Below are positions 1 to 11,240 of a stretch of 64,000 bases of DNA, piece after piece. Every line of letters starts with the position of its first letter. Position 1 is the first letter of the stretch. A program made the position numbers and the translations under genes. The notes under the pieces were generated by a model that saw only the letters and a program-made list of their open reading frames with translations, made no database searches and was not told where the DNA came from. The stretch lies in NCBI GenBank assembly GCA_013265495.1, contig MU059256.1, positions 1,428,805 to 1,492,804 on the forward strand, in the 5' to 3' direction. The DNA is from Vicugna vicugna (lineage: Eukaryota).

Positions 1-39
1 TGTGTTCCTTGTGGTCTGGGATGTCTACTTGACTGTGAC

Positions 40-320
40 CATTCACACATCATTCATTCATTCACTCATTTTTCACACATTCTTTCACCACTTCTAATTA
101 TCTTGCTTCCATTTTCTTACGTATTCATTGGCTTATCCTTCATTCATTGATTCATTGTCATGCTCTTCCATTTATTCACTCACACATTCATTCATCCAAC
201 AAATATTTTAAACATCTCTGTGCCAGACACAGTTCCTGCAAGTATCTGCTGGCATCCACTTCACTCCTCGAAGTCACTGGCTGGATACAGAGGAAATGCC
301 TGCCCTTGCAGTTTACAAAA
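40..320 (-). mobile_element. L2 3' end with (TTCA)n-like tail
   Basis: TTCATTCATCCAACAAATATTT...TGTGCCAGACACAG is the reverse complement of the L2 terminus. Confidence 0.65.
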
Positions 321-429
321 CCAGATGAGGGTGTTATCTTTCCAAGCCAATGCCAGAGTAAAGAAAAGAAAAAGAAGGAGAAGGAAAGTCATGTTTAGTT
401 AAAGTATGGATTCTTTTTTTTTTTTAAGT

Positions 430-3400
430 ATAAATTCCTAATTCAGCATCTACTTAAGAGCCAGCGGCTTCTCTTCCTTGTCAATTTCACGTGAAGGCTT
501 CTAGCATTTGAATGGGACCAGATGTCAGGTGGAACCTACTTTAGATGTGAGATGTGTATCCAAGGCTCAAATACCGTTTAGTTTCACAGCAGTGTTAGTG
601 GTCAGGAGCACTAGGTAAGGTCCCTTCTGGTGAGGCTCAAGGGCTATCTTCTGACATCTCCAGATGTCACCAGACTCCAGATTGTGACCAACCAGATCCT
701 TTGAATTGAGATCCAGGAAGCTTCTTTAGCCTGTTGGTGATAGTTTTAGCATAAGGCATTTAAAGCTTTCTAGTAGCTGGTCATATTAATATGCGATAGT
801 AAGGGATCAGCAGAAAGTTGTATACCATTGGACATTAGCCTACCAGTGACCATCTCATATGGAGTGAGTTTATGTTTCCCAAAGGGGGTACTGTGAACAG
901 TTAGCAAGGTCAGAGGCAACACCTTAGGCCAAAGGAGTCCAGTAAGTTTCAGCAAGTTTAGAGATTTTAAGTTTGAGGATCGCATTTGTCTTCTTGACAT
1001 TACCTGATGATTGAGGGTAATAGGGACAGTGATAATTCCAAGAAGTTTGCAAGATTTTCATTAAGGCTCATGTGATTTGCCCAGAGAAGTGGGTATCTTG
1101 ATCACTGGTAAGAGTGGAAGGTATACCCAAAGTGGGAAACATTTTCTAACAGTTTCTTTGCCATTGTGAGGGCATCAGCCTTGTGGCAGGGAAATGCTTC
1201 ATCTCATCCAGAAAACACAGATACAATCACAAGAACACATTGATAACCCATTCTAGGTGCAGCTGAATGAAACCCCGCTGCCAGTGCTCCAAGAGTCCAG
1301 AGGGAGGAGGAGGTCTGAAGCCACTGGGAGCAAAAATAGTGTTTCCAGGGTTACAGACCTGACAGGTCAGACATTGGACTGTTTTCACAAGCTGATCAAA
1401 GTCTCCTCACCAAAATCTATTCATAATTTGTGCCATCTTAGACACGCTGTGGTAGAACAAAAAAGATGAGATTTGCCAGGGAGACATGATGAACCAAGTG
1501 GCTGTCTTGATTTTCCCAAACCCCAACTGTTTATTGAATTTACAACCACTGTTTGCCCATCTTAATTTCTCTGACTCAGGAGCAGGCTGTTGCCATGTTA
1601 CAAGGACATCAGTGTGGCAGATGCCTGGCAACAAGGGCTCATATTTTGTAGAAGCAGAATGGACTTTGCCCACCTGTGTTACGGTATTTATAGACTGTTA
1701 GTGCTGCCTTCTCATGAAAGCTAGCCGGGATATTTCCCTGATTCTCAGGTTCAGTCCTTTTAGTGAGGTGGGAAGCCCCAGGAAAAGACCAGCAGGACCC
1801 CCAGGCAGGGCCACTATTCTCCTGCCAGCGCCATCCAGTTCCCTAGCCCAGCAGTATTGTCTCGCTTTTGTGCTTCTGTAAAACGACTTGCTTCTAGGAA
1901 AACGGAACTTACCCCTAAGATTCTATTGGTTCCCAAAACTCACTCCTGATTGGTCCATTTATAACACCTCATTTGCATAAAGCTCACTCCTGATTGTTCC
2001 ATTTCTGTCACTCCTGATTGGTCCATTTCTAACACCTACTCTGCATATGATGTTGCAGAATGTTGCAAAGTCTTAACTGGGCAGCCTATAAAAGCCTGTG
2101 TAAACCTACAAATGGTGTCCAGAGCTTGGAGTGTTAATTCCGCTGGGCCCACCAGCATAATAAACCTGAGTTCTCCAACCCTCCAAGCGTCACTTGTTCT
2201 CCCTCCAGAATCTAGGTTGCTGTAACACTTTGCTATAACGTTAGTGTGAGCTTCAATTTTGATGACAATTTCAGAAGGTAAGAGAATGGTAGTAAGAAGC
2301 TCATCTACCTGTTGTCCATGTTTGATTGGGGTCCCAGAGGTTGTAAGAAAATCCCTCTGTTTGCATAACATCCCCCAAATCATGGATGATACCAAAGGCA
2401 CACTGACTGTCAGTGTAAATATTAAGAGTTTGTCCTGTTGAGCTGATTTAGTTTGTGGGAGATTTTCCCTCTCGAGAAGTTCACTTGGGGTATTCACAGC
2501 ATAACCAGCATGGAAATTCTCTTTCTCGTTTTTTTTCAATATGAACTATCAACAAACAAAATTAGATCAGGATTAGACAACAGGGTGTCTCATAAATCAG
2601 GACATCATGTCACAAAATGGGACATTATTACCTCTCAGTCATGGGGCTGGCCTTCATCAGTAGAGAGAGTAACAGAGCAGGATTAAGAATGTTGCAGTGT
2701 TTAAGATGCAGATTAGGTGGTGAGAGCAGAAAGATCTCATAGGTAATGAGTCTGCTTGCAGAGGAATGTTGGGTCAGTTCAGAAGTAAGAAGAATGGACA
2801 GCACGAGGAGTTTTTAAATAAACATAATTTCTAGGGTTAGATCTGCTGAGGCTTCCACTAACTTTGCAGCTGCAGCTGTAGCCTGAAGACAGCTGGGGTG
2901 GCAGGAGCAAGTGAGTCAAGCTGACGCTGTAATGGACAACAGGCCTGGGTTTATTACCATCCTCTTGATGCTCCCAGGGCCTGGTCCTCTCGCTCATGCA
3001 CAGATAAGGTGAAAGGTTTGAATAGGTAGGTAGCCCTAGGGCAGGAGGTTCTTATTTTAGTCTTAGAAAGTTCTGCTCATGTTCATCTTCCCATGGAAAG
3101 GGGTCCAGGGACAGAAATATTAGTGAGTTCACAGATTGGGGAAGCTAAGAAGGAAAATTTTTGTATCTGTAGTCAGCAATAGCCAGTTTGGTCTAGAAAT
3201 CCACAAAACTGTCACTTAGTTGTGGGTCTAGGAAATCCTTGGATTAATCCTTTTTGGAGAAAGCTGGATTCCTCCAGTGCTTACTTTATGACTAGGTAAT
3301 GAACGGTGTCTGGAGATCATTGCAATTTTTCCTTACAACAAGTAAATGGAATCCTTTATGGATGTCTCTTTGGTAACTGGGCACAGCAGGAGGTCGTCTA

Positions 3401-4560
3401 CTTACTGTAGAAGGTCGATTTCCTGGGACTGGAGGGAAGGCGCTGACATCTTGGTGGAGCACTTGGGAGAAAAAAGAAGGGGCCTCAGTGACCCCTGAAG
3501 CATGACTGTCCAGGTTTATTGTTGATGGTTCCAAGTAAAGGCGAATAGATACTGGGTGTTGGGTTCCACAGGGATGATGATGAAGGCTGAGCAAAGGTCC
3601 ACAACTGTGAACCTTTTTGAGTCTTGGGGAGTTTGTAACAAAAAGGTGTTCAGGGTTTGGAACAACTGGGAAACAGGGAACAACTATCTTGTTAACAGTT
3701 CTCAAGTCCTGGACAAATCACCATCGTACCCATTAGGTTTCTGAACTGGGAGGATCCGCGTGTTGCAGGAGCTGGTCCGGAAACAATTAGCCTCTGGGTG
3801 ATTCAGTCCTCAGAATGCAACAAGGTGCGAGGCCTCATATGGCCTTAGGCTTTAATGAACAGGAGGCAATTTAAAAGAGGTTTATTCATATCTACCTGAA
3901 TCTTTATAAGCTCTGCACTTTGTAAGTTCCCAATGTCAATGTTAGAAGTAACCCACAGATTTTTGTGCATGTAGATTAAATTAGGGGACTTCTGTTGGAA
4001 ATCTAAATCAAGGACAGATTGTAAAGAACATAAAAGATCAGGTTCAAGTTGGTCAGAGAAGTCTCCATTGGAAGCAAATTGTGTCTGCGCTTTTCATTTA
4101 GAAAAGAGAGCTCTACCGAAAACATTGACTGGGACTGTGTCACACAGCAAGAAAGAATGCTTTTCAGTAAAAGGTCCCAGAGTCCTTTGTACTGGTTGAG
4201 ATAGAAATTCTCTCTAAACTTATTAGATATACCAACTATGGAAATTTTTTTTCACTCCCAGGGATTTGTTGTCCTACAAGAGTGGGTTTAAAGTAGAAAG
4301 CATAATTCCAGTATCAAGTAGAATTTGGCAAGATTTCCATTAATTTTAATTTTAGTTTCCCCATGACTATTTAAGGAAACTACTACTAATATTTTACCAG
4401 AGGGTCCCTCAGGGTCCCATCAACTCTGGGAAGAACCCATACGGAGGCTTTCTTGGGGGTAGATACGGGGACACTCAAGTTGAAGAACTTCCATATGACC
4501 TTTGAGCATCAGTCTTTGGGCCAGCATCTTGATGCCTTTGATGATAATATCAGTTGTAAT
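430..4560 (-). mobile_element. pol: Decayed ERV1-type provirus, internal region: gag 3' end, protease, RT, RNase H, integrase (interrupted by a solo LTR at 1764-2240)
   Basis: Minus-strand translation gives: protease LLDTG (DTG at 4307-4315) and NVFGRALF; RT VVPCFPVVPNP, TEAPSFFSQVLHQD and LQ*VDDLLLC (3393-3404); RNase H GMLCKQRDFLTTSGTPIKHGQQV...IEAHT|KRTEPENQGN; integrase STPFGKHKLTPYEMVTGR and C-terminal PWIHISHLK (~540-566). Many stops and frameshifts. Confidence 0.9.
1764..2240 (+). mobile_element. Solo LTR inserted antisense into ERV RNase H, 4-bp TSD TTAG
   Basis: TTAG at 1760-1763 and 2241-2244. Starts TG, ends CG (degenerate CA). TATAAAA 2087-2093, AATAAA 2159-2164. Removing it rejoins IEAHT-KRTEPENQGN in frame. 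Confidence 0.9.
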
Positions 4561-4564
4561 TTTT

Positions 4565-7400
4565 CCTCTTTTACTTCTTATTTTGTTTACTTGTGTCCTG
4601 TCTCTTTTTCTTAATGATCTTGGCTAAAGGCTTATAAATTGTTTATCTTTTTTAATAAACAAGCCAGCTCTTGGTTTCATTGATCTTTTTCTACTTTTTC
4701 TTTTTGGTCTCTATTTTGTTTATTTCCACTCTGATCTTTATTATTTCTTCCCTTCTGCTGACTATGGGCCTTGTTCTTCTTTTTCTAATTCCTATAGATT
4801 GTAGGTTAGGTTGTCTGAGATTTTTCATTTCTTGAGGTAGGCTGTGTCAATATAAACTTCTCTCTTAGAACTACTTTTTCTCCATCACATAACTTTTAAA
4901 AGGCCACGTTTTTATTTTCATTTGTCTCTGAGTATCTTCTGATGTCCTCTTTGATTTCTTTGTTGACCCAGTGTTTTTTTTTTTTTAGTAGCACATTGTT
5001 TAGTCTCCATGTGTTTGTGTTTCTTCCATTTTTCTTCCTGTGATTGATTTCCAGTTTCTTACTGTTGTGGTTGGAGAAGGTGATTGATATAATTTCTATC
5101 TTTTTCACGTGTGGGGAATTGTTTTGTGGCCTAGTGTGTGACCTATCCTGGAGAATGTTCCATGTGCACTTGAAAAGAATGCATATTCTTCTGTTTTGGG
5201 GTGGAATGCCCTATAGATATGTATTATGTCCAGCTGACCTAATATGTCATTTAAAGTCACTGTATTCCTTATTGATTTTCTCTTTGGATGACCTGTCCAT
5301 TCATATAAGTGGGGTGTGAAAGTCCCCTACTATTATTGTATAACTGTCTACTTCTCCCTTTGTTTCTGTTAATATTTGTTTAAAAATGTTATTTCCTCTT
5401 CTTATATTGATCCCATTATCATTATATAGTGCCTCTCTTTGTCTTTAATTATGATCTTTGTTTTAAAGTTTACTTTGATATGAGTATTGCTACCCCAGCT
5501 TTCTTTTCTTTCCTTTTCTATGAAATACCTTTTCCATCCCCTCACTATGTGTGTGTGTCTGTAGCTCTAAAGTGAGTCTCTCATAGGCGGCATACAGATG
5601 AGTCTTGTTTCTTTTATCCAGTCCACCACCTATGCCTTTTGATTGGAGCGTTTAGCTCACTATCATCTAAAGTGATTATTGATAGGTATGTACTCATTGC
5701 CCTTTTGTTGTCTGTTCTCTGGCTGTTTTTGTAGTTCTTCTCTGTTCTTATTTTTAGTCTCTTCCCTTGTGGTTCGATCATTTTCTTTAGTGCTATGTTT
5801 GCATTCCTTTCTCTCTAGTTTTTGTGTATCTATTTTAGGATTTTGATTTGTGGTTACCATGGAGTTCACATATGATAAGCCATAACTATATCTACTTGTT
5901 TTAAACTGATAGTCATTTATGTTCAAACACATTCTAGAAGATCTACATTTTTTTACTTCCCCCTGAACATTTTGCGTTTTTGATGTTGTGTTTTATGTCT
6001 TTGTGCCTATTCCTCATCCATTTATTATAGATACAGTTGGTTTTACAATTTTTGTCTTTTAGCCTTTGTACTAGCTTATTTAAGTAGTCGATCCACTGGC
6101 TTTACTATGTATTTTCCTTTACCATTGAGATTTTCCCCTTCTTTTAATTTCTATTCTTATTGTAACCTTTTCTTTTGCTTAAAGAAGACCCTTTACCACT
6201 TCTTGTAATGGTGGTCTACTATTGATGAACTGTTGGTTTTTGCATATCTCAGAAGCTCTTTATCTCTCCCTCAATTCTGAATGATATCTTGCAGGGGTAG
6301 AGTGTCCTAGGTTGTAGGTTTTTATCTTTCAGCACTTTAAATATGCCATGTCACTCCCTTCTGGTCTGCAAAGATTCTGCTCCATGTTCCCTTGTGTGTG
6401 ACTCTGTTTTCCTCTTGCTGCTTTTGACATTCTCTCTTTATTTTTTAACTTTTGCCATTTTAATTGTGATGTGTCTTGGTGTGGGTCTCTTTAGATTCAT
6501 CTTGTTTTAGATTCTCTGTGCTTCCTTTACCTGGATATCTGTTTCCTCTTTCAGGTTCATTTTTCAGCCATAATCTCATCAAATACATTTTCCACCTCTT
6601 TCTCTCTTCTCCTTCTTGGACCTTTTATAACACAAATGTTATTATACTTGGTGTTGTCCAAAAGGTCCCTTAAGCTGTCCTCATTTTTAAAAACTTGTTT
6701 TCCTCTTTGCTGTTTTTATTGGGTGATTCCCAGTATTCTATCTTCCAGATCACTTGTGTCTTCTTCTGTATCACCTGATTTGCTGTTAATTCCTTCTAGT
6801 GTATTTTGCATTTCAGTTATTGTATTCTTCAGCTCTGTTTTTAAAAATATTTTCTAGTTCTTTGTTGAAGTTCTCACTTGTGTTCATCTATTTTTTTTCT
6901 CAAGTTCAATTAGCATTCTTATTACTGTTTCTTTGAATTCTCTATCAGGTAAATTATTTATTTCTATTTCATTAGGGTTTTTAAAGGTCTTTTAAATTTC
7001 TTGTTCTTTTGTTTGAAATATATTCCTCTAACCTTCTCATTTTGTTTGACTCTCTCTGTCTCTTTGAAATTAGGTGGGGCAGTTACCTATCCCAGTCTTA
7101 AGTTGCGTCTTTTGTGTGGGAGTGTCTCTATGCGTCTGTGTGTGCCCAGTGGCTTTAGTGGGAGAGCTGGATCTCAAGTGAGCAGAGGTTGCATCTTCCC
7201 CTGGGGTGCACTAGCAGCCACCTCCTTGGTGGCAGGTAGGACTAGAGTTGCAGGGGCTAGAGCCAGAGCTGGGGATACTGGCGTGAACCCATGCTACGTC
7301 TTCCCCTGGGATGTAATGGTAGCCTTAGCAGCACTGGAACAAGAGGACCTTAAAGTCAGTCATAGGCTCATCTCTCTTCTGTTTGCATGTTTGGATAGTA
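4565..7400 (-). mobile_element. LINE-1 fragment (5' UTR, ORF1, ORF2 endonuclease), 3' part missing
   Basis: ORF 4896-5108 KKIEIISITFSNHNSKKLEINH...NTWRLNN matches the C-terminal part of the L1 ORF2p endonuclease. T-rich plus strand; ORF1-like region ~5900-6950; GC-richer UTR ~7050-7400. Confidence 0.85.
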
Positions 7401-8640
7401 GATGAATCAGTGCAGGGAAGACTCTAGGAATGGCTGGGGAAAGTTTGTCAGCAGTTTTGTGGGCTTTTTTCTAGTTGAGGATTTTGAATATCATTCTTGG
7501 GGTTTTGCCCTTCTGCTTCCCACATCCATTCTGGGGCTTCATCAGGTCCTACCAACATGTGCACAAAGATCTGGTGGCCCAGGATCACAGGCCTGACTCT
7601 AAATTCTTAAAAAAAAATTGAGGATCCTCCCTAGGTGTAGGAAATGTCATAACTATGACCCTTACTTAGTTCAGTCTTTCACCAAAGGGTAAAGGATATT
7701 CCTAAGGAGGTTCGACTGCAAACTTGGATGGTTTTATTTTAAAAAGTGAATGTTTAATAGTCTCTTCAGAGCGGAAAGGCAGTTCAGACGAAGAATTAGG
7801 AAAACGTGAGTACTCAGATAAAGGAGGGAGGGGAGCGGCAGGCATCACATCAGTCCTATCATCCCTTGTTTTAGGTGCCCCTTGAATCTTGAGTCTTTCA
7901 TTGGAACTTTGTCACGAGCCTTTTAATGAAGACATTTTGGAGTCCTGAAGTCTTTTGGAAGTTCTGCTTACCAATTAAAATAGGTATCCCATTCTATCTA
8001 ATTCGGGAGCCCTTTCTTTCAAGCACACTTCTTAAATGAACCATCTTGTCTAATGGGAACGTTCCTTCAATAGCTATTGTAATTTTGGGTTGTTTTTAGT
8101 AATATTTTGCCATTTTTGTAGATACTTACAGCTTCTGGGATTACAGTTCTTCAACAGAAAATAAGCAGGTCTGCTGGAAGGTGGTGTTCTTGACTCTTTA
8201 GAGATTAAAGACTCCATCTCTTCTAGTTAGCCTTTGTCGAAACAAAACAAGACAAATAAATGTGTATGCCTTAACCCTCCAGCAGTAACTAATTACTGAA
8301 GCCTGGCCAAGAAAAAGGCCCTGTGCACACCACCAACCATCCCCGATATGAAGCCTGGGACTGGGGGAAAGTATTGAACCAGTGAATCTCTAGTGGGGAA
8401 CCACAGCTGTCACCAGTGTTGCCCAACGGGGAATTTGGGGAAGGATTCCCAACAAATGGGCACCTGGCTGGAAAGCCAGTTAGATCAGGATCTTGATGCA
8501 AAGAGGGCAGAGCTCAGAACCAAGAGGAAGTTAACCAAGGCTCTCAGAATTGGCAAGAAAGCCAGTGAACTCAAAAAGGGGCTTGTGGGAACCAAGCCCA
8601 TGTTTCTTTTAGCCCCCAAATGCCATCAGAAGTTTGCTTT

Positions 8641-8684
8641 AAGACAACATGGTAAAATGATTATAACTCAATAAAAAGTGTTAA

Positions 8685-8719
<35 letters not shown>

Positions 8720-8720
8720 A
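8641..8720 (+). mobile_element. 80-bp L1 3' tip with (TAAA)n tail, 13-bp TSD
   Basis: AGAAGTTTGCTTT at 8628-8640 and 8721-8733. Insert resembles the L1 terminus (ACAACATxGTAAAxxGAxTATAxxTCAATAAAA). Confidence 0.8.
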
Positions 8721-8735
8721 AGAAGTTTGCTTTGG

Positions 8736-8753
8736 ATCCTGTCGCTGCCACCA
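8736..8753 (-). promoter_or_regulatory. Retroviral primer-binding site, tRNA-Leu-like
   Basis: Minus strand reads ...CACA-TT-TGGTGGCAGCGACAGGAT just after the LTR terminal CA. 15/18 match to TGGTGGCAGCGGTGGGAT, the complement of the tRNA-Leu(AAG/TAG) 3' end. Confidence 0.75.
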
Positions 8754-8755
8754 AA

Positions 8756-9190
8756 TGTGTGAAAAAACAGAATTCAACAAAATTTTAGGATTCTAACTGG
8801 CTTTATTGAACAATTCATGAATCAGGCAGCATTCCCGTCTAGAGAGTAGAGGGAAGCTCCACGGGGCTACAGAGTGTAAGGTTTTTAAAGGCAGGACAAG
8901 GAAGTCATAAACAGGAAAAAGGATTATTTCAGATTAGGTCATCTTCCTTTGGGAAAAAAAAAAGGGTCTCATTAGGTGCGTTACCTCATCTGCCTTGGGG
9001 TGATGGAGAGGGCCCACGTGACAGACGACCTCATCGGTGCTGGCCAGAAAAATTCCTGACTGACCAGTTAACACTACGTTTCTGGAAAGGTGTAAGCTTC
9101 AATTAGGTTAGGTGTTAAGCTCCAGTTTTGCAGAGTGGCCTAGCATAAGTGACTCCATCTTGAGCCTTTTTTTTTTTAATAGTAGTCGCA
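8756..9190 (-). mobile_element. 5' LTR of the ERV1-type provirus
   Basis: Ends in CA next to the PBS. AATAAA on minus at 8802-8807. AAGATGGAGTCACTTATGCTAGGCC motif near its 5' end resembles ERV1 LTRs. Outer boundary approximate. Confidence 0.75.
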
Positions 9191-10907
9191 ATATAGTCAT
9201 GGGTTAAGGGAGGGATGTCAGAGGGCAACTCACTCAGGGAAGGGTCTTGACAAAGATGAGCGTCCAAGATTAGCAAAAGAGAGTGAGGAAGAGCAGATAC
9301 GGAAGAGCACTTCAGCTACAGCCTGGTCTGATGGGGACGCGCTCAGAGGCTGCAGGTGAGTCGGAGGCACAGAGAGGGGCTGGTGCTTATCGGGTCTTGA
9401 GTCCCTGGTGAGTGTGTCCTTCATAAACAGTAGTTCTCAAACCCTGACCTGCAGAAGAATGTTACCAAGCTAATCCAGATAGCTGATTTTTTTTCTCAAC
9501 TCAGAGAGGAAAACAATAAGGAGAAGGATAGGATTCTTTCAATTAACGTTTTCCTTCTTCCATGTATGTTTCTAAACTGTTAATGTCTCTTACTCATCTA
9601 GACCAGGGTCTAGTATGAGAACGTATCCAATTAAGCACAGAATTATGTATTTATTATTTTGGGTTGCAAAGTCCAGAGCTCCATGTTTCTGGCTGCTGTT
9701 GGCTCATGTTTTCCTATTGTTGCTATACAGGACAATCTCCTAAGGAATGCCCAGAGCAGGCAGGAGTTCCAAGTTCTAGTGTTTAGATCCCTCATTACTA
9801 CCAGTCTCAGGTGGGTACCGATTCTGAGATCTGCCTTGTGAGAGCTTTAACATCATTATCGTTGAAGCTGGTCCCGAGGCTGGTCATGTGTCAATGTCTT
9901 TCTGTCTGTCCATGACCAATGGTTGTGAACTATAAGTCCAAGTCATTGTAACTACATTTAACAGATAGGGATCAGTTGAGTGGTGCTAGAGTGAACTTCC
10001 CTGAGCTGGTTTGGACTGATGTAGTCCGGGGTGACCTGGGTGCACTGGGTAGATTCGGGCAAGTGGAAATTGGACTGAGCTGGACAGAGTCAAAAAGTAC
10101 TGGAATAGAATGAGATTAACCAAACTGGGCTAGGATCCTGGAGGATTCGTTGTTTATGAAACCCAACTCAAAAACATCCCTAAGGCTTTTCAGCTAAAAC
10201 TCTATGGCTGGTACCCCTCCCCACCAGACATAAGCCAAATGGTCCAGCTCCCTCTGCCACCTCCTCCCCAAGATTCATCTTTTATCAGAGCTTTAGAAAA
10301 TACTGCTGCCCACTGCAAACTTTCATCTCCTAGCCACAATTCCATTTGATCTGGATGAATGAATTGGTGGAGGGATGGGGGATAGGAGGATGGGGGTACA
10401 AAGACTATGGCTGAGAGAAGGCTGATGCTTACCTGGAGTATCTCTACCACTCCCCCCAGTTCTAGCCAAACTCCTGATGTTGGCGTCAGCGTTATTGTTA
10501 GGGTCAGCCTCGGAGTTTGCTTAGACAAGGTGTTAAGTTTGATCCCTAGTTCCTCCCCGATGAGGGGAGTTAAGGGGTCTACACAGGGCACCTGGCTCCG
10601 TAAGGCTCACTCCAGTTTCTGTGCTGATGCTTCACGGCAAACCACCCTCACCTTGCTATGGGAGCCCATGTCCTGAACATTCCAGAAATTCAGGGCCAGT
10701 ACGTTCCATACACACTCTCTTTCCTGAACATTCTTGGGCACTTTCCTTGTCGTCTTTCATCTCCCACTCTCTTTGTTCCCTCCTTCCCCACTCATGTGGC
10801 TTTCTCACTCTGCTGCCTTCCTCTGTGGACATCAGAAGGGCTTTCCTGATTGTTCTGCAAAAAATTGGGTTGATGCTCTGTAGTTTCTGGACTTCTCTTA
10901 GCCCCTG

Positions 10908-10958
10908 CCATCCATCCATCCATCCATCCATCCCTCCATCCATCCATCCATCCAACCA
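10908..10958. repeat. (CCAT)n microsatellite
   Basis: Direct reading. Confidence 0.95.
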
Positions 10959-11084
10959 TTTAATTATTGCCAATTTTCACCCAGGGCATGAAAGATAAAG
11001 ACATTGTTACTCTAATGGATAGAAGGGAGAAAAAGGTGGTGATTATTATGTGTGTCTTGTCAAGGATCTAAAAAGCACTCAATA

Positions 11085-11240
11085 ATTTTTTGAGTTATCT
11101 GCTCTAACATTATCTTACATGTGACAAAACATTGTAAGTGAATGTTTATCCCACATTTTAAAGATGAGCACACCGAGATTCACATAGCTAAGAAGCACCA
11201 GAGCCATATTCAGACCCGATCTGACTTCTTTTCCTCACAC
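11085..11240 (-). mobile_element. MIR SINE fragment
   Basis: CCACATTTTAAAGATGAG core. Confidence 0.6.

Larger units (their letters stand above)
7400..8755 (-). mobile_element. gag: Same ERV: leader and 5' part of gag (matrix/capsid-like), decayed
   Basis: ATG at 8217 (minus) opens MESLISKESRTPPSSRPAYFLLKNCNPRSCKYLQKWQNITK, resembling ERV1 Gag matrix. A capsid-like QNPQLEKAHKTADKL lies near 7420-7480. Directly downstream of the PBS. Confidence 0.75.

Noticed and set aside
2036-2539. 167-aa ORF as a possible intact gene
   Set aside because: Chimeric: decayed ERV RNase H read through into the antisense solo LTR.
9270-9362. Strong donor CAG|GTGAGT at ~9357 with an open frame upstream
   Set aside because: No polypyrimidine acceptor upstream, and the peptide is not recognised.
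10000-10140. GAGCT/GGGCT/GGACT pentamers reminiscent of immunoglobulin switch regions
   Set aside because: Too few and not tandem; no Ig constant exons nearby.
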